Below, in pieces: positions 10,235-21,344 of a stretch of 64,000 bases of DNA. How positions within the stretch are numbered: the stretch's first letter is position 1; the number at the start of each line of letters is the position of its first letter. Position numbers and translations under genes: made by a program. This stretch comes from Alphaproteobacteria bacterium (GTDB taxonomy: Bacteria > Pseudomonadota > Alphaproteobacteria > M2410): assembly GCA_006226415.1 (NCBI GenBank), contig SBGZ01000085.1:23645-87644 (forward strand). The letters are read 5' to 3'. The notes beneath the pieces were generated by a model that had not been told where the DNA came from, made no database searches, and worked only from the letters and a program-made list of their open reading frames with translations.

Positions 10235-11542
10235 ATGGAAACCGACCTTTTGTCTCACAGCGCCCTACTCATGGTCGCCATTGCGATATTGATATTATTG
10301 TTGCTGTCCGGCCTATTTTCCGGCTCAGAAACCGCCCTTACGGCCACCTCAAAAGCCCGCATGCACCGTCTGGAGCAAGACGGCAATGATCGCGCCAAGC
10401 AGGTCAACAAATTGATCTCCAATCGCGAAAGGCTGATTGGCGCCATTCTCCTGGGCAACAATCTGGTCAACATCCTGGCCTCGGCCCTGGCCACCACCTT
10501 ATTCCTGACCCTCTTCGGCCAGGCGGGTGTCCTTTACGCCACGCTGATCATGACTGCCCTGGTGGTTATATTTGCCGAAGTGCTGCCCAAAACCTACGCC
10601 ATTACAAATGCGGAACGCTCCGCCATGGCGGTTGCCCCGATCATGCGCCTTTTGGTGACCCTCTTCGCGCCGGTGGTTGCCACCATCAGCTGGGTCGTGC
10701 GCAAAACTTTACGCGCCATTGGTTATAGCATTGACGAAGACACCTCCGTCTTATCAGCCCATGAGGAAATCAGAGGCGCGATCGACCTTCACATGTCCGA
10801 GGGCGGTGTGGACAAAGAACACCGCGATATGCTCGGCGGCATCCTCGACCTCAACGACCTCCAGGTTGAGGAGGTCATGGTTCATCGCAAATCCATGCGT
10901 ATGATCGACATCGATTTGCCGAATGAAGACATTGTCGAGCAAATGCTCTCAAGCCCCTTCACCCGTGTCCCGCTCTGGCAGGGGGAACAGGAAAACATCG
11001 TCGGCGTCTTGCACGCCAAAGACCTCCTGCGCGCCATGCGCGATGTCAGCGGAGAGGTCTCAAAGATCAACATTCTCGACATCGCCAACGAGCCATGGTT
11101 TGTGCCGGAGACCACCGGTTTGCAGGAGCAACTGAATGCCTTCCTGTCTCAACGCAATCACTTTGCTCTTGTCGTCGACGAATACGGCGCGCTGATGGGT
11201 CTGATCACTCTGGAAGATATTCTGGAAGAGATTGTGGGCGAAATTGTTGACGAGCACGATATCGAACATGCCGGCATTCGCCCGCACCCCAATGGCACCT
11301 TCAACATTGATGGCGCAATTGCGATCCGCGATCTCAACCGCCTTCTCGATTGGGATTTACCGGACGAAGAGGCGACAACATTGGCCGGTCTTGTCATTCA
11401 TGAAGCTCGCACCATTCCAGAGCAAGGGCAGGCCTTCAATTTTTATGGCTTCAAATTCGAGATCCTGCGCAAACACCGCAATCAGATCACAGCCGTCCGG
11501 GTAACCCCGCCGGTCGATCCGGCCAGCGAGCCGGAGGCCTAA
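10235..11542 (+). CDS. HlyC/CorC (CNNM) family transporter with DUF21, CBS pair and CorC domains
   Basis: FSGSETA, ILLGNNLVN, FAEVLPK, VVDEYG, TLEDILEEIVGEI; ATG at 10235. Confidence 0.93.
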   Translation: METDLLSHSALLMVAIAILILLLLSGLFSGSETALTATSKARMHRLEQDGNDRAKQVNKLISNRERLIGAILLGNNLVNILASALATTLFLTLFGQAGVLYATLIMTALVVIFAEVLPKTYAITNAERSAMAVAPIMRLLVTLFAPVVATISWVVRKTLRAIGYSIDEDTSVLSAHEEIRGAIDLHMSEGGVDKEHRDMLGGILDLNDLQVEEVMVHRKSMRMIDIDLPNEDIVEQMLSSPFTRVPLWQGEQENIVGVLHAKDLLRAMRDVSGEVSKINILDIANEPWFVPETTGLQEQLNAFLSQRNHFALVVDEYGALMGLITLEDILEEIVGEIVDEHDIEHAGIRPHPNGTFNIDGAIAIRDLNRLLDWDLPDEEATTLAGLVIHEARTIPEQGQAFNFYGFKFEILRKHRNQITAVRVTPPVDPASEPEA

Positions 11543-11546
11543 TGCC

Positions 11547-11816
11547 TCACGGTGTTTCGAGCTTGAGCGCAAGCGCATGGATCGGACCGGCCAGCTCTTC
11601 CGCCAATACATGGTTAACGCGGCGCTGACGCTCAACACGTCCCAGACCGACAAAATCGCTTGAGATCAGCTTAACGCGAAAATGACTTTCACCGCCCTCT
11701 CGCGCCCCAGCGTGTCCCGCATGAAGGTGCGATTCGTCGGTGACGGTCAGTTCCGTGACCTGAAAAGCGTCACAAAGCTTTTTTTCGATCTGTGCCCTTA
11801 CACCCATCACGCCCAT
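11547..11816 (-). CDS. bolA: BolA family protein
   Basis: DESHLHAGHAG, GESHF, RVERQR, IHAL; start could be 11816 or 11807. Confidence 0.92.
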   Translation of the reverse strand: MGVMGVRAQIEKKLCDAFQVTELTVTDESHLHAGHAGAREGGESHFRVKLISSDFVGLGRVERQRRVNHVLAEELAGPIHALALKLETP

Positions 11817-11867
11817 ATCCTTCCCGTTAAGTGTCACCAGAATGTGTTCAATAACACTAGATGAATT

Positions 11868-11896
11868 CTTGTTTTTCACACGAACTCAATCCATAT
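11868..11896 (+). promoter_or_regulatory. Possible RpoH (sigma32)-type promoter giving a near-leaderless J-domain mRNA
   Basis: CTTG-N18-TCCATAT, ending 9 nt before ATG 11906; no obvious SD. Confidence 0.35.
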
Positions 11897-11905
11897 TAGC
11901 CCGCT

Positions 11906-12538
11906 ATGTCAAAGGATGATGCATACCGGCCCAAATTTGGTTTTGACATTCGGGTCAAACCGCCAGGGCAAAAGAAACGCGCCGAAGATATTGTTCACCG
12001 ATGCGCTTGGGAGGGCTGCTCGGAGAAAGCGCCCTATCGCGCGCCGAAATCCAAAGACAACCCGCGCGAGTTTCAGTATTTCTGTCAGAATCATATTCGC
12101 GAATTTAATGCCCGCTGGAATTTTTTCGAGGGCATGAGCGCCGACGAAGCCAAAACCTATCAGGAGAGCATTTCCACCGGACATCGCCCGACCTGGAAAG
12201 TGGCCGCTGGCGGCACGCCCCGCGCGCGCCGCGCCGCGATGATGGGCCGCGCCGCCGCTGGCGAGGGCGTGGAAGACCCCTACCGCCTGTTTCAGGGATC
12301 CGGGTCTGGCACCGGTATGCCCCGCCAACCCAAACGCAAGCTGCCAAAGCAGCTTGAGGAGGCCTTTTTCGTCATGAAATTGGACCCGCCCTCCAGCCCG
12401 GACAAGATCAAGGCCCGCTATAAAGAACTGGTCAAAAAGTTCCACCCGGACGCCAATCGAGGGGAAACCGGTTACGAAGAGCGCCTGAAACGGATCATTG
12501 AGGCCTACCAAAGTCTCAAAACCGCCGGATTTTGCTGA
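11906..12538 (+). CDS. J-domain (DnaJ-like) protein
   Basis: CxWxGC..YFC..H..EFN..WNFF N-terminus and C-terminal J domain with HPD. Confidence 0.9.
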   Translation: MSKDDAYRPKFGFDIRVKPPGQKKRAEDIVHRCAWEGCSEKAPYRAPKSKDNPREFQYFCQNHIREFNARWNFFEGMSADEAKTYQESISTGHRPTWKVAAGGTPRARRAAMMGRAAAGEGVEDPYRLFQGSGSGTGMPRQPKRKLPKQLEEAFFVMKLDPPSSPDKIKARYKELVKKFHPDANRGETGYEERLKRIIEAYQSLKTAGFC

Positions 12539-12688
12539 AAAATTGTCAGCTTTTACTGGCATCAACAATAAATCTGCTTATTCTGTCGCCGAATAATCAA
12601 GGAAACGCCGGTCTGACGGATCGGGGGCGTGGGAAGTCCCCTGGGAAATTCTGTCCATGACCCTGAACAATAAAAAGAAGGCACCAAA

Positions 12689-13672
12689 ATGGAAAACGGT
12701 CTCGACCCGGCTTGCATGCCCGACCAGAAAATCAACGCCAAGGAACTATTCGGGATCGATACCGATATGGTGGTCCCCGCTTTTGCCGAGCGCAACGAAT
12801 ATGTGCCGGAAATCGACGAGGCTTATCTTTTTGATCGCGAGACCACGCTCGCCATCCTGGCTGGCTTTGCCTACAACCGCCGGGTCATGATCCAGGGCTA
12901 CCACGGCACCGGCAAATCCACGCACGTCGAACAGGTCGCCGCCCGCCTCAACTGGCCGCTCATCCGGGTTAATCTGGACAGCCACATCAGCCGGATCGAT
13001 CTCGTCGGCAAAGACGCCATTGTTTTGAAAGACGGTCAGCAGATTACGGAATTCCGTGAGGGGATCCTCCCCTGGGCGCTTCAGCACCCCACCGCTCTTG
13101 TTTTTGACGAATATGACGCCGGCCGGCCGGACGTGATGTTCGTCATTCAGCGCGTGCTGGAAGTTCAGGGCCGCCTGACATTGCTTGACCAGAACCGCGT
13201 GATCAACCCGCACCCGGCTTTCCGCCTGTTCTCAACCACCAACACCATTGGCTTGGGCGACACCACCGGCCTTTATCACGGCACGCAGCAAATCAACCAG
13301 GGTCAGATGGACCGCTGGAACATTGTCACCACCTTGAATTATCTGCCGCACGATCAGGAAACCGATATCGTCCTGTCCAAAGCCCCGGGCTATCAAACCG
13401 AGAAGGGCAAGGAAACCATCAGCGCTATGGTGCGCGTGGCCGACCTCACCCGGGCCGCCTTCATGAACGGCGACATTTCGACGGTCATGAGCCCGCGTAC
13501 GGTGCTCACCTGGGCTGAGAATGCGGATATCTTTAAGGATGTCGGTTTTGCCTTCCGCATCACCTTCCTCAACAAATGCGATGAACTGGAACGCCCCACC
13601 GTGGCGGAATTCTATCAACGCTGCTTTGGCGAGGATCTGCCCGAGAGCGCGGCCAACGTTTTGGCCGGATAG
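12689..13672 (+). CDS. cobS: Cobaltochelatase subunit CobS (MoxR-like AAA+ ATPase)
   Basis: GYHGTGKST Walker [12 protein letters not shown] Walker B, FYQRCFG. Confidence 0.95.
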   Translation: MENGLDPACMPDQKINAKELFGIDTDMVVPAFAERNEYVPEIDEAYLFDRETTLAILAGFAYNRRVMIQGYHGTGKSTHVEQVAARLNWPLIRVNLDSHISRIDLVGKDAIVLKDGQQITEFREGILPWALQHPTALVFDEYDAGRPDVMFVIQRVLEVQGRLTLLDQNRVINPHPAFRLFSTTNTIGLGDTTGLYHGTQQINQGQMDRWNIVTTLNYLPHDQETDIVLSKAPGYQTEKGKETISAMVRVADLTRAAFMNGDISTVMSPRTVLTWAENADIFKDVGFAFRITFLNKCDELERPTVAEFYQRCFGEDLPESAANVLAG

Positions 13673-13680
13673 AGGCCGCC

Positions 13681-14646
13681 ATGCACTTGTCAGCTGCCAG
13701 ATTCTTGACCATCGCTGCGACACTGTTTTTTGTCGCAACGCCTGCCATGGCGACGACTTGTTACGAAGCGCCGGCAAAAGCGCCAACCTTTCGCCAAAGC
13801 GTTGATCAGGCAAACGACATAGTTCTGGTCAAAATCACATCAGGTCAGACCCCGCTCTTTGCCAAAAAAGACGAAATTGATTTTGACTTTGAGGTACTGG
13901 ACAGCCTGAAGGGCAAATATAAAGTTGGCGACACCTTTCGTTTGCGCGCCCTTTGGATCAAGCAGGGCGGGGTGAAAGACCGCAAGGAATTTGGTGGCCA
14001 CTGGGACCCGGCCTTTTGGGACCGACAGATCACACGGCTTGATTCCGTCTATGACTGCGGTCAAAAGCTCGCCTTCGACCCCAACAACATCTATCTCCTG
14101 TTTGATCCGCAAAAGAGCGGGGACCGCGCGCCTCTCGCCATCACCGCCGAGGAGATTTTTGAGCCGAGCCAGGATCGTTGGCTCAGCGCCGTACAACAAT
14201 TGGTTGACGATCCGGCACTTGAAAAGGCCCGTTCGAAAACCGGCATCGAATATTTGAAAAGCCAAAAGTCCGTTGCCCTCGCCGCCGTTGAAGGCTGCAG
14301 TGATCGGCTGCGCCCCGACGCGCATTATGTGGCCGAGGTCCAGACCCTCTCCGGCGCCGAGATGACCCGCGATCAGCTCGATCCGGAAACCTTTGCCCAG
14401 GCGCTTGAGGGCTGCGATGGCTTTACCGTGGTCTTGGGTATCTTCTATGGCTCAGATCGAGAGACCGGACTTCCCATTGATGTTGATCGCAAGCCGATGC
14501 AACAGTTTGTTCCGGTGCGGGACGGCCTTGTCACCCTGACCGATTTCACCAGCGAGATCGGCCTGAACGGCCCTAAAACCCTGCCGCTTGAAGATATTGT
14601 CGCAGGACTTTTGCCCGCCGCTGACTTAGACGCGGTTGAGGACTAA
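13681..14646 (+). CDS. Secreted hypothetical protein with a TIMP/NTR-like N-terminal pattern
   Basis: Signal peptide ending AMA; TC..P..F...V..A..IVLVKI and DCG..F....YLLF patterns; fills the cobS-cobT gap with 8- and 5-nt spacers. Confidence 0.65.
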   Translation: MHLSAARFLTIAATLFFVATPAMATTCYEAPAKAPTFRQSVDQANDIVLVKITSGQTPLFAKKDEIDFDFEVLDSLKGKYKVGDTFRLRALWIKQGGVKDRKEFGGHWDPAFWDRQITRLDSVYDCGQKLAFDPNNIYLLFDPQKSGDRAPLAITAEEIFEPSQDRWLSAVQQLVDDPALEKARSKTGIEYLKSQKSVALAAVEGCSDRLRPDAHYVAEVQTLSGAEMTRDQLDPETFAQALEGCDGFTVVLGIFYGSDRETGLPIDVDRKPMQQFVPVRDGLVTLTDFTSEIGLNGPKTLPLEDIVAGLLPAADLDAVED

Positions 14647-14651
14647 GCGGC

Positions 14652-16631
14652 ATGGCCGACAACAAAAAAGATAACCCGATCGAACCCTTCAAGCAGGCAA
14701 TGACCCTGACGGTGCGCTCGATTGCCGGAGACCCGGAACTGCCGGTGACCTTCGGCACCGAGCCCCCGGGCATTCGCGGCGGCCGCGTGCGCCTGCCCTT
14801 GCCCTCACGCACACTGCCGCCGGACGAAGTGGCTCTGGTGCGCGGCCACGGCGATGCCTATGCCTTGCGCCTGGCTCACCACAACGAAAAAATTCACAAT
14901 TCCCATTTGCCTTCGGGCGAAAACGCCCGCCGCATTTACGAGGCCGCCGAGCAAGCGCGTGTAGAAGCCATTGGCGCCCGGCAGATGAAGGGCATGGAAA
15001 AGAACCTGGCCCAGGTCGCCGAAAAACGCTGCAAGGACAGAGGCCTGGCCAATCTGACGGACATCCACGATGCACCCCTGGCCGATATCGTCGGGCTTTT
15101 TGTGCGAGAACAGCTCACAGGCGCCGAGCCACCGGAAAGCGCCCGCGCCCTTATGGACGCCTGGCGCCCGCTTATGGACCAAAAGGCGGGCAAAGACCTC
15201 AATCTCCTGCTCGACAACATCGAGGATCAGGATGGATTTGCTGAGATCACCCGCGACATCATCGCCGATCTCGATTTGGGTGATGAATTGGGCGATGAGC
15301 GCACCGATGAGGACAGCACCTCTGACGAAGCCGCCCCTGAACAAAACGAGCAGGGTGAAGAGGGCGATCAGGATCAACCCGATGGCGCCACCACCGAGCA
15401 GGTCGAATTTGCCGAAGGCGAAGGCGAAGAAGGCGAAGAGCAGATGGTCGAAATTGATACCGACCAGCTGCCCGATGATGTCGAGAGCGATGACTCTGCC
15501 GACGGCATGCAGCCCTGGCATCCGGACCAGAACAGTGGGCGCCGCCGCAATGATGCCTATCGGGTCTATACCACCACCTATGATGAAACCATCAGCGCGG
15601 AAGATCTTTGCGATGCGGAAGAACTGACGCGCCTGCGGCAGTACCTTGACCAGCAATTGCAGCAGATGCAGGGCGTGGTGGCACGTCTTGCCAACCGCCT
15701 GCAGCGCCGCCTGCTCGCCAAACAGAACCGCACCTGGGAGTTCGATCTGGAGGAAGGCATTCTTGATGCGGCGCGTCTCAGCCGTGTGGTCATCGACCCG
15801 ACATCGCCGCTCTCCTACAAAATCGAAAAGGATATGAATTTCCGCGATACGGTCGTCACGCTTCTGCTCGACAATTCCGGCTCCATGCGCGGCCGCCCCA
15901 TCACCGTTGCCGCCATGTGCGCCGATATCCTGGCGCGCACCCTGGAGCGCTGCAATGTGAAGGTCGAAATTCTGGGCTTTACCACCCGCGCCTGGAAAGG
16001 CGGACAGTCGCGCGAGGCCTGGCTCGCCGCAGGCAAGCCCGCTGGCCCTGGCCGCCTCAATGATTTGCGCCACATCGTCTACAAAGGTGCGGACGCCCCC
16101 TGGCGCCGGGCGCGGCGCAATCTCGGACTGATGATGCGCGAAGGGCTTTTAAAGGAAAACATCGACGGTGAAGCCCTCCTCTGGGCCCACAACCGTCTGC
16201 TTGGACGCCAGGAACAGCGCCGCATTCTCATGGTCATATCAGATGGGGCGCCGGTGGACGATTCCACCCTCTCCGTCAACGCCGGGAACTATCTGGAAAA
16301 GCATCTGCGCGAGGTGATCGACTATGTCGAGACCAAATCACCCGTCGAACTTCTCGCGATCGGCATCGGCCACGATGTAACCCGTTATTACCGCCGCGCG
16401 GTGACAATTGTCGATGCTGAACAGCTCGGCGGCGCCATGACGGACAAGCTCGCCGAGCTTTTTGACGAAGACACCGGCGCCAACATTCGCGCCGATGCCC
16501 GGCAGCTCCGAGAGGTCGCCGAAGCCACCCGTCCTCCATCTGGCGAGGACATGAAGGCCATGACACGCGCGGCGCTGCAAACCGTCAAGGGCGTCGCGGC
16601 GCCGGACGCCAAGCCTGTTGGGCGCGGTTAA
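14652..16631 (+). CDS. cobT: Cobaltochelatase subunit CobT (acidic linker plus VWA domain)
   Basis: [36 protein letters not shown]. Confidence 0.95.
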   Translation: MADNKKDNPIEPFKQAMTLTVRSIAGDPELPVTFGTEPPGIRGGRVRLPLPSRTLPPDEVALVRGHGDAYALRLAHHNEKIHNSHLPSGENARRIYEAAEQARVEAIGARQMKGMEKNLAQVAEKRCKDRGLANLTDIHDAPLADIVGLFVREQLTGAEPPESARALMDAWRPLMDQKAGKDLNLLLDNIEDQDGFAEITRDIIADLDLGDELGDERTDEDSTSDEAAPEQNEQGEEGDQDQPDGATTEQVEFAEGEGEEGEEQMVEIDTDQLPDDVESDDSADGMQPWHPDQNSGRRRNDAYRVYTTTYDETISAEDLCDAEELTRLRQYLDQQLQQMQGVVARLANRLQRRLLAKQNRTWEFDLEEGILDAARLSRVVIDPTSPLSYKIEKDMNFRDTVVTLLLDNSGSMRGRPITVAAMCADILARTLERCNVKVEILGFTTRAWKGGQSREAWLAAGKPAGPGRLNDLRHIVYKGADAPWRRARRNLGLMMREGLLKENIDGEALLWAHNRLLGRQEQRRILMVISDGAPVDDSTLSVNAGNYLEKHLREVIDYVETKSPVELLAIGIGHDVTRYYRRAVTIVDAEQLGGAMTDKLAELFDEDTGANIRADARQLREVAEATRPPSGEDMKAMTRAALQTVKGVAAPDAKPVGRG

Positions 16632-17413
16632 CCCAGATGCGCCTTTAAGAACTCTGTCGTACGCGTCCAGGCGAGCGCCGCATCTTCCTCGTCGTACCGC
16701 GCCGTGGTCGGATTGGCGAAGGCATGATCGGCATTGTAGCTGTAGATTTCAGCCGCCTTGCCCGCCTCTGCCAGAGCCGCCTGAAAGCCGCTCACCATCT
16801 CTTCATTGATGTAAGTATCTCTCGACCCAAAGTGCCCCAGCACGGGTCCTTTAAGCGCAGAAAGCTCCTCAGCGCTCTTGGCCACATTGCCGTAGTAGAT
16901 CACGGTGGCATCCACTGGGGTCGCCAGACTGGCGCCCAGCGACCACCCGCCGCCAAAACACCAGCCGCACGTGCCGATTTTGCCGGTCGAGCTTTCCTGC
17001 GTCTTCAGCCAATCGGCCCAGCCAACCAAAGTTTCCGTGGCCTCCTCGGGCTTAACCTGCCCCATGGTGTAGCCGGCATCCGCGGATGTCGTGGCCACCA
17101 CGCCGTTGTAGAGGTCACAGGCAAGCGTCAGATAGCCCAGCTTCGCAAACGCGGCCGCCATGGTCTTGATCTGATCATTGAGCCCCCACCACTCATGAAT
17201 GATGAGCATCGTCGCCACCGGATGGGCCTGTGGCCGTGCCAGGGCGCCTTTGACCACCCTTCCGGAGCCGAGCTCCAGGCTAACCTCGTCAAGGGTCGCC
17301 GCCACGTCTTGCGCCAGCGACGGGGAGCCCAAAAGTGTCGCAAGCGGCAAGGATGCCAAACCTTGAGAAACCTGCCGACGCGTGGGCGAAAGAGTTGAAA
17401 CTATCCTGTCCAT
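16628..17413 (-). CDS. Dienelactone hydrolase family protein, possible Tat signal
   Basis: HEWWGLN, GWCFGGG, HAFANP; TRR in N-terminus. Confidence 0.92.
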   Translation of the reverse strand: MDRIVSTLSPTRRQVSQGLASLPLATLLGSPSLAQDVAATLDEVSLELGSGRVVKGALARPQAHPVATMLIIHEWWGLNDQIKTMAAAFAKLGYLTLACDLYNGVVATTSADAGYTMGQVKPEEATETLVGWADWLKTQESSTGKIGTCGWCFGGGWSLGASLATPVDATVIYYGNVAKSAEELSALKGPVLGHFGSRDTYINEEMVSGFQAALAEAGKAAEIYSYNADHAFANPTTARYDEEDAALAWTRTTEFLKAHLG

Positions 17414-17508
17414 GAGAATTGCGCCTCCAATGATATCTTGCCAATGCCCTCAAACTAACACAGTTTGGCTCTCAAATGCGGGTTTAGGTGCAAGAGAGGA
17501 GTAAACTC

Positions 17509-18546
17509 ATGGCGAACAGGAAGCCGTCATTCGCAGCCATTTTTACCGCGCTGACAGCGCTCCTTTTGGCGGGTCCAGCCGGCGCGGCGGAACCACCCTC
17601 GCCATTTGCTATTTCATCTTCGTCCACACCCGTCCCCATGACCAGCGAAGACCCGGACGAAAACCGCATCGGCGCGCTGATCTATCAGGGCGGCGTGGAG
17701 ATCCAATCCCCCAACGACAATTTTGGCGGCCTGTCGGGCCTACTGGTGTCGCCGGATTTGACACGGTTTTTGGCCGTTACCGATAAAGGTGCCTGGGTAA
17801 GCGGTCAGATCGTCATCGAGCGCGGCAAACTGAAAGCGGTGCGGAATTTGGAGCTTGCCAGCATATTGGACAAAGATGGCGAACCCCTGCTCGGCAAAAA
17901 GAAGAAGGGAGACGCCGAATCCCTGACCGGCAATTGGCCGGAAGGAGCGCCCGCCCCCTCCAAGGTCTTTGTCTCCTTTGAACAAAATCACCGGATAGAA
18001 GAATATAATTTCGGCGAAGCGGGATTTAAGGCCCGACCAAAGCCGCGGCCGCTGCCCAAGAAAGTCAGCAAGGCCAGTCACAACTCCGGCCTGGAATCGG
18101 TTGAATGGGATGGGACAGAGGACGAAAACCTGCTCGCCTTTGTCGAAGAACCGTTTAAAGACAAGGACACGATTGCTGGGTGGTTTATTGGAAAAACCGA
18201 TGCCTTCTCTTTAAAACTGATCCCGCATGGATCCTACAAGATGACGGATCTTGGACGTTTGCCAAACGGGGATTACCTGACATTGGAGCGGCGGTTTTCA
18301 CCGCTGGGCGGCGTCGGCGCGGAAATACGCCGCTTGCCAGCCTCCTCAATCACAAAAGACGCCCGTTTGGACGGAGAGGTTCTGGCCCAACTCGCCCCGC
18401 CCCTTACTGTGGACAATATGGAAGGCATGTCTGTTCGTCTGGATCAAGAAGGACGTACACTGATCTTCATCGTGTCAGATGACAACTTCAACCCGCTCCA
18501 AAGAACCATCCTTCTGATGTATGAACTAAAGTCCGATACGCCTTAA
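17509..18546 (+). CDS. Esterase-like activity of phytase family (beta-propeller) secreted protein
   Basis: FGGLSGL, DAESL, NSGLES, LERRF, DNMEG, VSDDNFNPLQRT. Confidence 0.85.
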   Translation: MANRKPSFAAIFTALTALLLAGPAGAAEPPSPFAISSSSTPVPMTSEDPDENRIGALIYQGGVEIQSPNDNFGGLSGLLVSPDLTRFLAVTDKGAWVSGQIVIERGKLKAVRNLELASILDKDGEPLLGKKKKGDAESLTGNWPEGAPAPSKVFVSFEQNHRIEEYNFGEAGFKARPKPRPLPKKVSKASHNSGLESVEWDGTEDENLLAFVEEPFKDKDTIAGWFIGKTDAFSLKLIPHGSYKMTDLGRLPNGDYLTLERRFSPLGGVGAEIRRLPASSITKDARLDGEVLAQLAPPLTVDNMEGMSVRLDQEGRTLIFIVSDDNFNPLQRTILLMYELKSDTP

Positions 18547-19232
18547 GCGCCCCCATAACCGGGCAACGGCTTCACGGAACGGCGCATCAGTTGATAGGGT
18601 ACCAACAACAAGATCGCCTCAACTGATTTGATCACAAAATCCATGGCTAAGGTTGGCATCCATTCTCGGCCCAACCCCCAATTGGCCACCACGTGGAAAA
18701 TGACCACATAAAAGACGCTCGCCCAGATCACAGAGATCAAGGGTGCGCCCCACCAGGTGCGCCCGCGTGTTTTGTCAAACACAGATACCAACATAACCTG
18801 CGCAACACCGAAAGCGCCAAGAAAGGCCACAGACGTTTGCATCGGCGGGAACGGATTATCGTTTTGCCAGCTGCCAAACTGCGCCATAAAGAAAAGCGTG
18901 AAGGCCCCGAGCAGCACCCAGGTCGCCGCCACCTGTGTATAGGCATAAAGGGCGCCATATTTGCGATTGGTCATATTGATGACGAAGAAGCTGAGCGGCA
19001 GCATCAAATGACCCACTGTGAGCCATGCACTGGGGTTCCAGGCCGCCAATTGCGGCGGAAAGATATCCAGAAAAACAACCGCGTCCCGGGTCATCAAAAA
19101 AGTCAAAATCAGTGTCACAAAAAGAACGGACACCGGCAAAATGAGCCGCAACACGCCGCGGACAATCCACCAGATCCGCTTGGCCAGTTCTTCCCTTGGG
19201 GCCTCAAAGGGCTGCGCAATAACCGAATGCAT
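18543..19232 (-). CDS. VUT/YhhQ-like (queuosine precursor transporter) membrane protein
   Basis: LTVGHLMLP.SFFV..MTNR.YG pattern, multiple TMs, C-terminal PLPGYGG; located next to rpmB. Confidence 0.65.
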   Translation of the reverse strand: MHSVIAQPFEAPREELAKRIWWIVRGVLRLILPVSVLFVTLILTFLMTRDAVVFLDIFPPQLAAWNPSAWLTVGHLMLPLSFFVINMTNRKYGALYAYTQVAATWVLLGAFTLFFMAQFGSWQNDNPFPPMQTSVAFLGAFGVAQVMLVSVFDKTRGRTWWGAPLISVIWASVFYVVIFHVVANWGLGREWMPTLAMDFVIKSVEAILLLVPYQLMRRSVKPLPGYGGA

Positions 19233-19431
19233 GTCTTTACTCTCCCAACTCGACGCATGGCTTAAACTCGCGCCACATCCCTGCAGATGTTGTGCCAACC
19301 CCTGATGGACCAAAGTAAGACAAGATCGGGCCTGATTAACCTTAGGACCAGGGTTCTGGAGCAAGGCAGTATAGATCAATCCTGAGACAGGGTTAATGGC
19401 CAGGCGTGCCTTTTGCCATAACCAAAACAAC

Positions 19432-19463
19432 AAACGCGCCTTCCTTTTCAGAAAGACGCGCGT
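19432..19463 (-). terminator. Possible terminator after rpmB
   Basis: Imperfect ACGCGC..GCGCGT hairpin followed by a T-rich run on the minus strand. Confidence 0.4.
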
Positions 19464-19490
19464 CGCAATTTAAAGCCGAGTGGCGATTGG

Positions 19491-19796
19491 TTAGCTGGCT
19501 GCCTGAGCAGTGGCTGCCTGAGCGGCCTTGGCAATCTGCCGCTTCACACGGCGTGCCTTCAAGGAGAGCTGCTCGTCACGCGCTTTCAGCATGAAGGCAT
19601 CAAGGCCCCCTTTGTGATCCACGGAACGAAGTGCCGCCGCGCTCACCTTGAACTTGAACTCGCGACCCAGCGAATCGCTGATCAAAGTCACGTTGCACAG
19701 GTTCGGCCGGAAGGTCCGGCGCGTCCGGTTTTTGGCGTGGCTTACATTGTTGCCAGTTATGACGCCTTTTCCTGTCAGGTCACACCGCCGAGCCAT
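19491..19796 (-). CDS. rpmB: 50S ribosomal protein L28
   Basis: [26 protein letters not shown]. Confidence 0.97.
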   Translation of the reverse strand: MARRCDLTGKGVITGNNVSHAKNRTRRTFRPNLCNVTLISDSLGREFKFKVSAAALRSVDHKGGLDAFMLKARDEQLSLKARRVKRQIAKAAQAATAQAAS

Positions 19797-20092
19797 CTCT
19801 CTATCCTCACAAAATCTTTCAATTATCAGGGAACCCGTAAGAAAACGTGTTCCGGGCCTTTTTGGGCCTAAAATGAGCGCGCAGCTATAAGGCCGCGCGC
19901 CCAAAAGGTCAAGCGTTCCCAGGCAAAATCCGTGAAAATATGCACCAAGCCTGCACCGGGGGGTATCTGCGAGGGAGCCACCTGCCCAATTCCTCAAGGA
20001 TTTCGCCATATTTCGATCACACTAGCCCTGGAAGACTAAGCCGTGATATTGGTGACCTCTTGAAACGGGGTTGGTGGAGTAAAGGGCCAAAT

Positions 20093-21076
20093 ATGTACAG
20101 ATTATTGGCAAAATTTGTGGGGATTTCTGCGGCGCTCATGATGTTGATGAGCCTGCCGGCCTCAGCAAAGACCAAAGATGAAAAGCTGGCGGAGGCCGCC
20201 AAGGCAGCCGAATTGGCCGGGGAAATGACAGCGCTCCTCTATGAGCCCGCCTTTCCAAGAGGCGAGGACCCCGACACCACCTTTGACATCGAATATGTGG
20301 TCTATTGGGGAGGCTTCCACCTCGCAACCCTCGAATTCATAGGCTCTGTGCGCGGGAACGAGTACCAGATTCGCACCCTTATTGAGACCGAAGGGGTAGC
20401 CGACGCCCTCTTGAAATCCAAAGCCGACATCGGCTCAAAGGGGGATCTGGAAGGAAGCCTGGTGCGCCCAGTCCTCTTCAACTCGGACATCACCGATTCC
20501 AACCGGCGCCAGCTGGTCTCTTTGACCTACAACGACAATGTGCCCGGCGAAGTCCTGTCTTTCCCGGAATATAATCTGGACCGCTTCCCCGTGGATGCGG
20601 AGCTTAAACCCGATACCGTCGACCCCATTAGCGCCATCATGTTCATCCTGGCTGGATCAGCTGTTACGCCAGACAATCCCTGCGGCGGCAAAATTCCGAT
20701 TTTTGATGGCCGCCGCCGCTTTGACATGTCTCTGGAATATATCAAGCGCGATACGGTTTCGACAGGCCGCAAGGGCGCCTACAAGGGCGAGGCGCTCAAG
20801 TGCTGGGTCGGCTACAAGAAGATCGCTGGCTTTAAACCCGCCAAAACAGCCCACCAGGCCCGCAAGGAAGCCGCGGCCAAGAGCAACTGGCCAGATGTCT
20901 ACATGTGGCTTGCCCCCCATGACAGCTCGCTCCTGGTGCCTGTCCGCATCCAGGCGGAGAACAATCTGGGCGCCTTTATCGCTCGGGCCGTTAAAATGGA
21001 CATTACCACCCGCACAGAACTGGCGGGCGGCTCCGGGGCACCCTTTGCCCCCATGCCCGAGGCCGATGTTCGATAA
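20093..21076 (+). CDS. DUF3108-like exported protein
   Basis: Signal peptide; DPISA, IFDGRRRFD, W.AP....VPVR motifs. Confidence 0.75.
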   Translation: MYRLLAKFVGISAALMMLMSLPASAKTKDEKLAEAAKAAELAGEMTALLYEPAFPRGEDPDTTFDIEYVVYWGGFHLATLEFIGSVRGNEYQIRTLIETEGVADALLKSKADIGSKGDLEGSLVRPVLFNSDITDSNRRQLVSLTYNDNVPGEVLSFPEYNLDRFPVDAELKPDTVDPISAIMFILAGSAVTPDNPCGGKIPIFDGRRRFDMSLEYIKRDTVSTGRKGAYKGEALKCWVGYKKIAGFKPAKTAHQARKEAAAKSNWPDVYMWLAPHDSSLLVPVRIQAENNLGAFIARAVKMDITTRTELAGGSGAPFAPMPEADVR

Positions 21077-21344
21077 TCCGGCCTCAAAGCCCGGTTATGT
21101 CATCAGCCTATGCGCCTGACACATGGGCACTTGCGGCCCGTGCGGACCAAGCCACCACATTTTGTGCGTGAACAAAGCGGAAAAATGCGCATTTTAGTGA
21201 TTCGTTCCCGGTTCAGTCCATTTCTGTTCCGAAGTGTTAACTGGTCGTATACGCTCGAGCTATGATAGGCAGACTAATGCCTCAATTTCCTGTCGGGCCG
21301 ACGGCCTGTATTCGACAAAAACCCTCTGAAAACTGCCGCTTTTA

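Noticed and set aside
17451-17467. CAAACT-N5-AGTTTG palindrome between divergent genes
   Set aside because: Arms are only 6 bp and there is no adjacent regulator, so support is insufficient.
21200-21214. LexA-like ATTC-N7-GTTC upstream of the helicase (similar GTTC-N7-GTTG near 8229)
   Set aside because: One mismatch in an 8-bp consensus is likely by chance.
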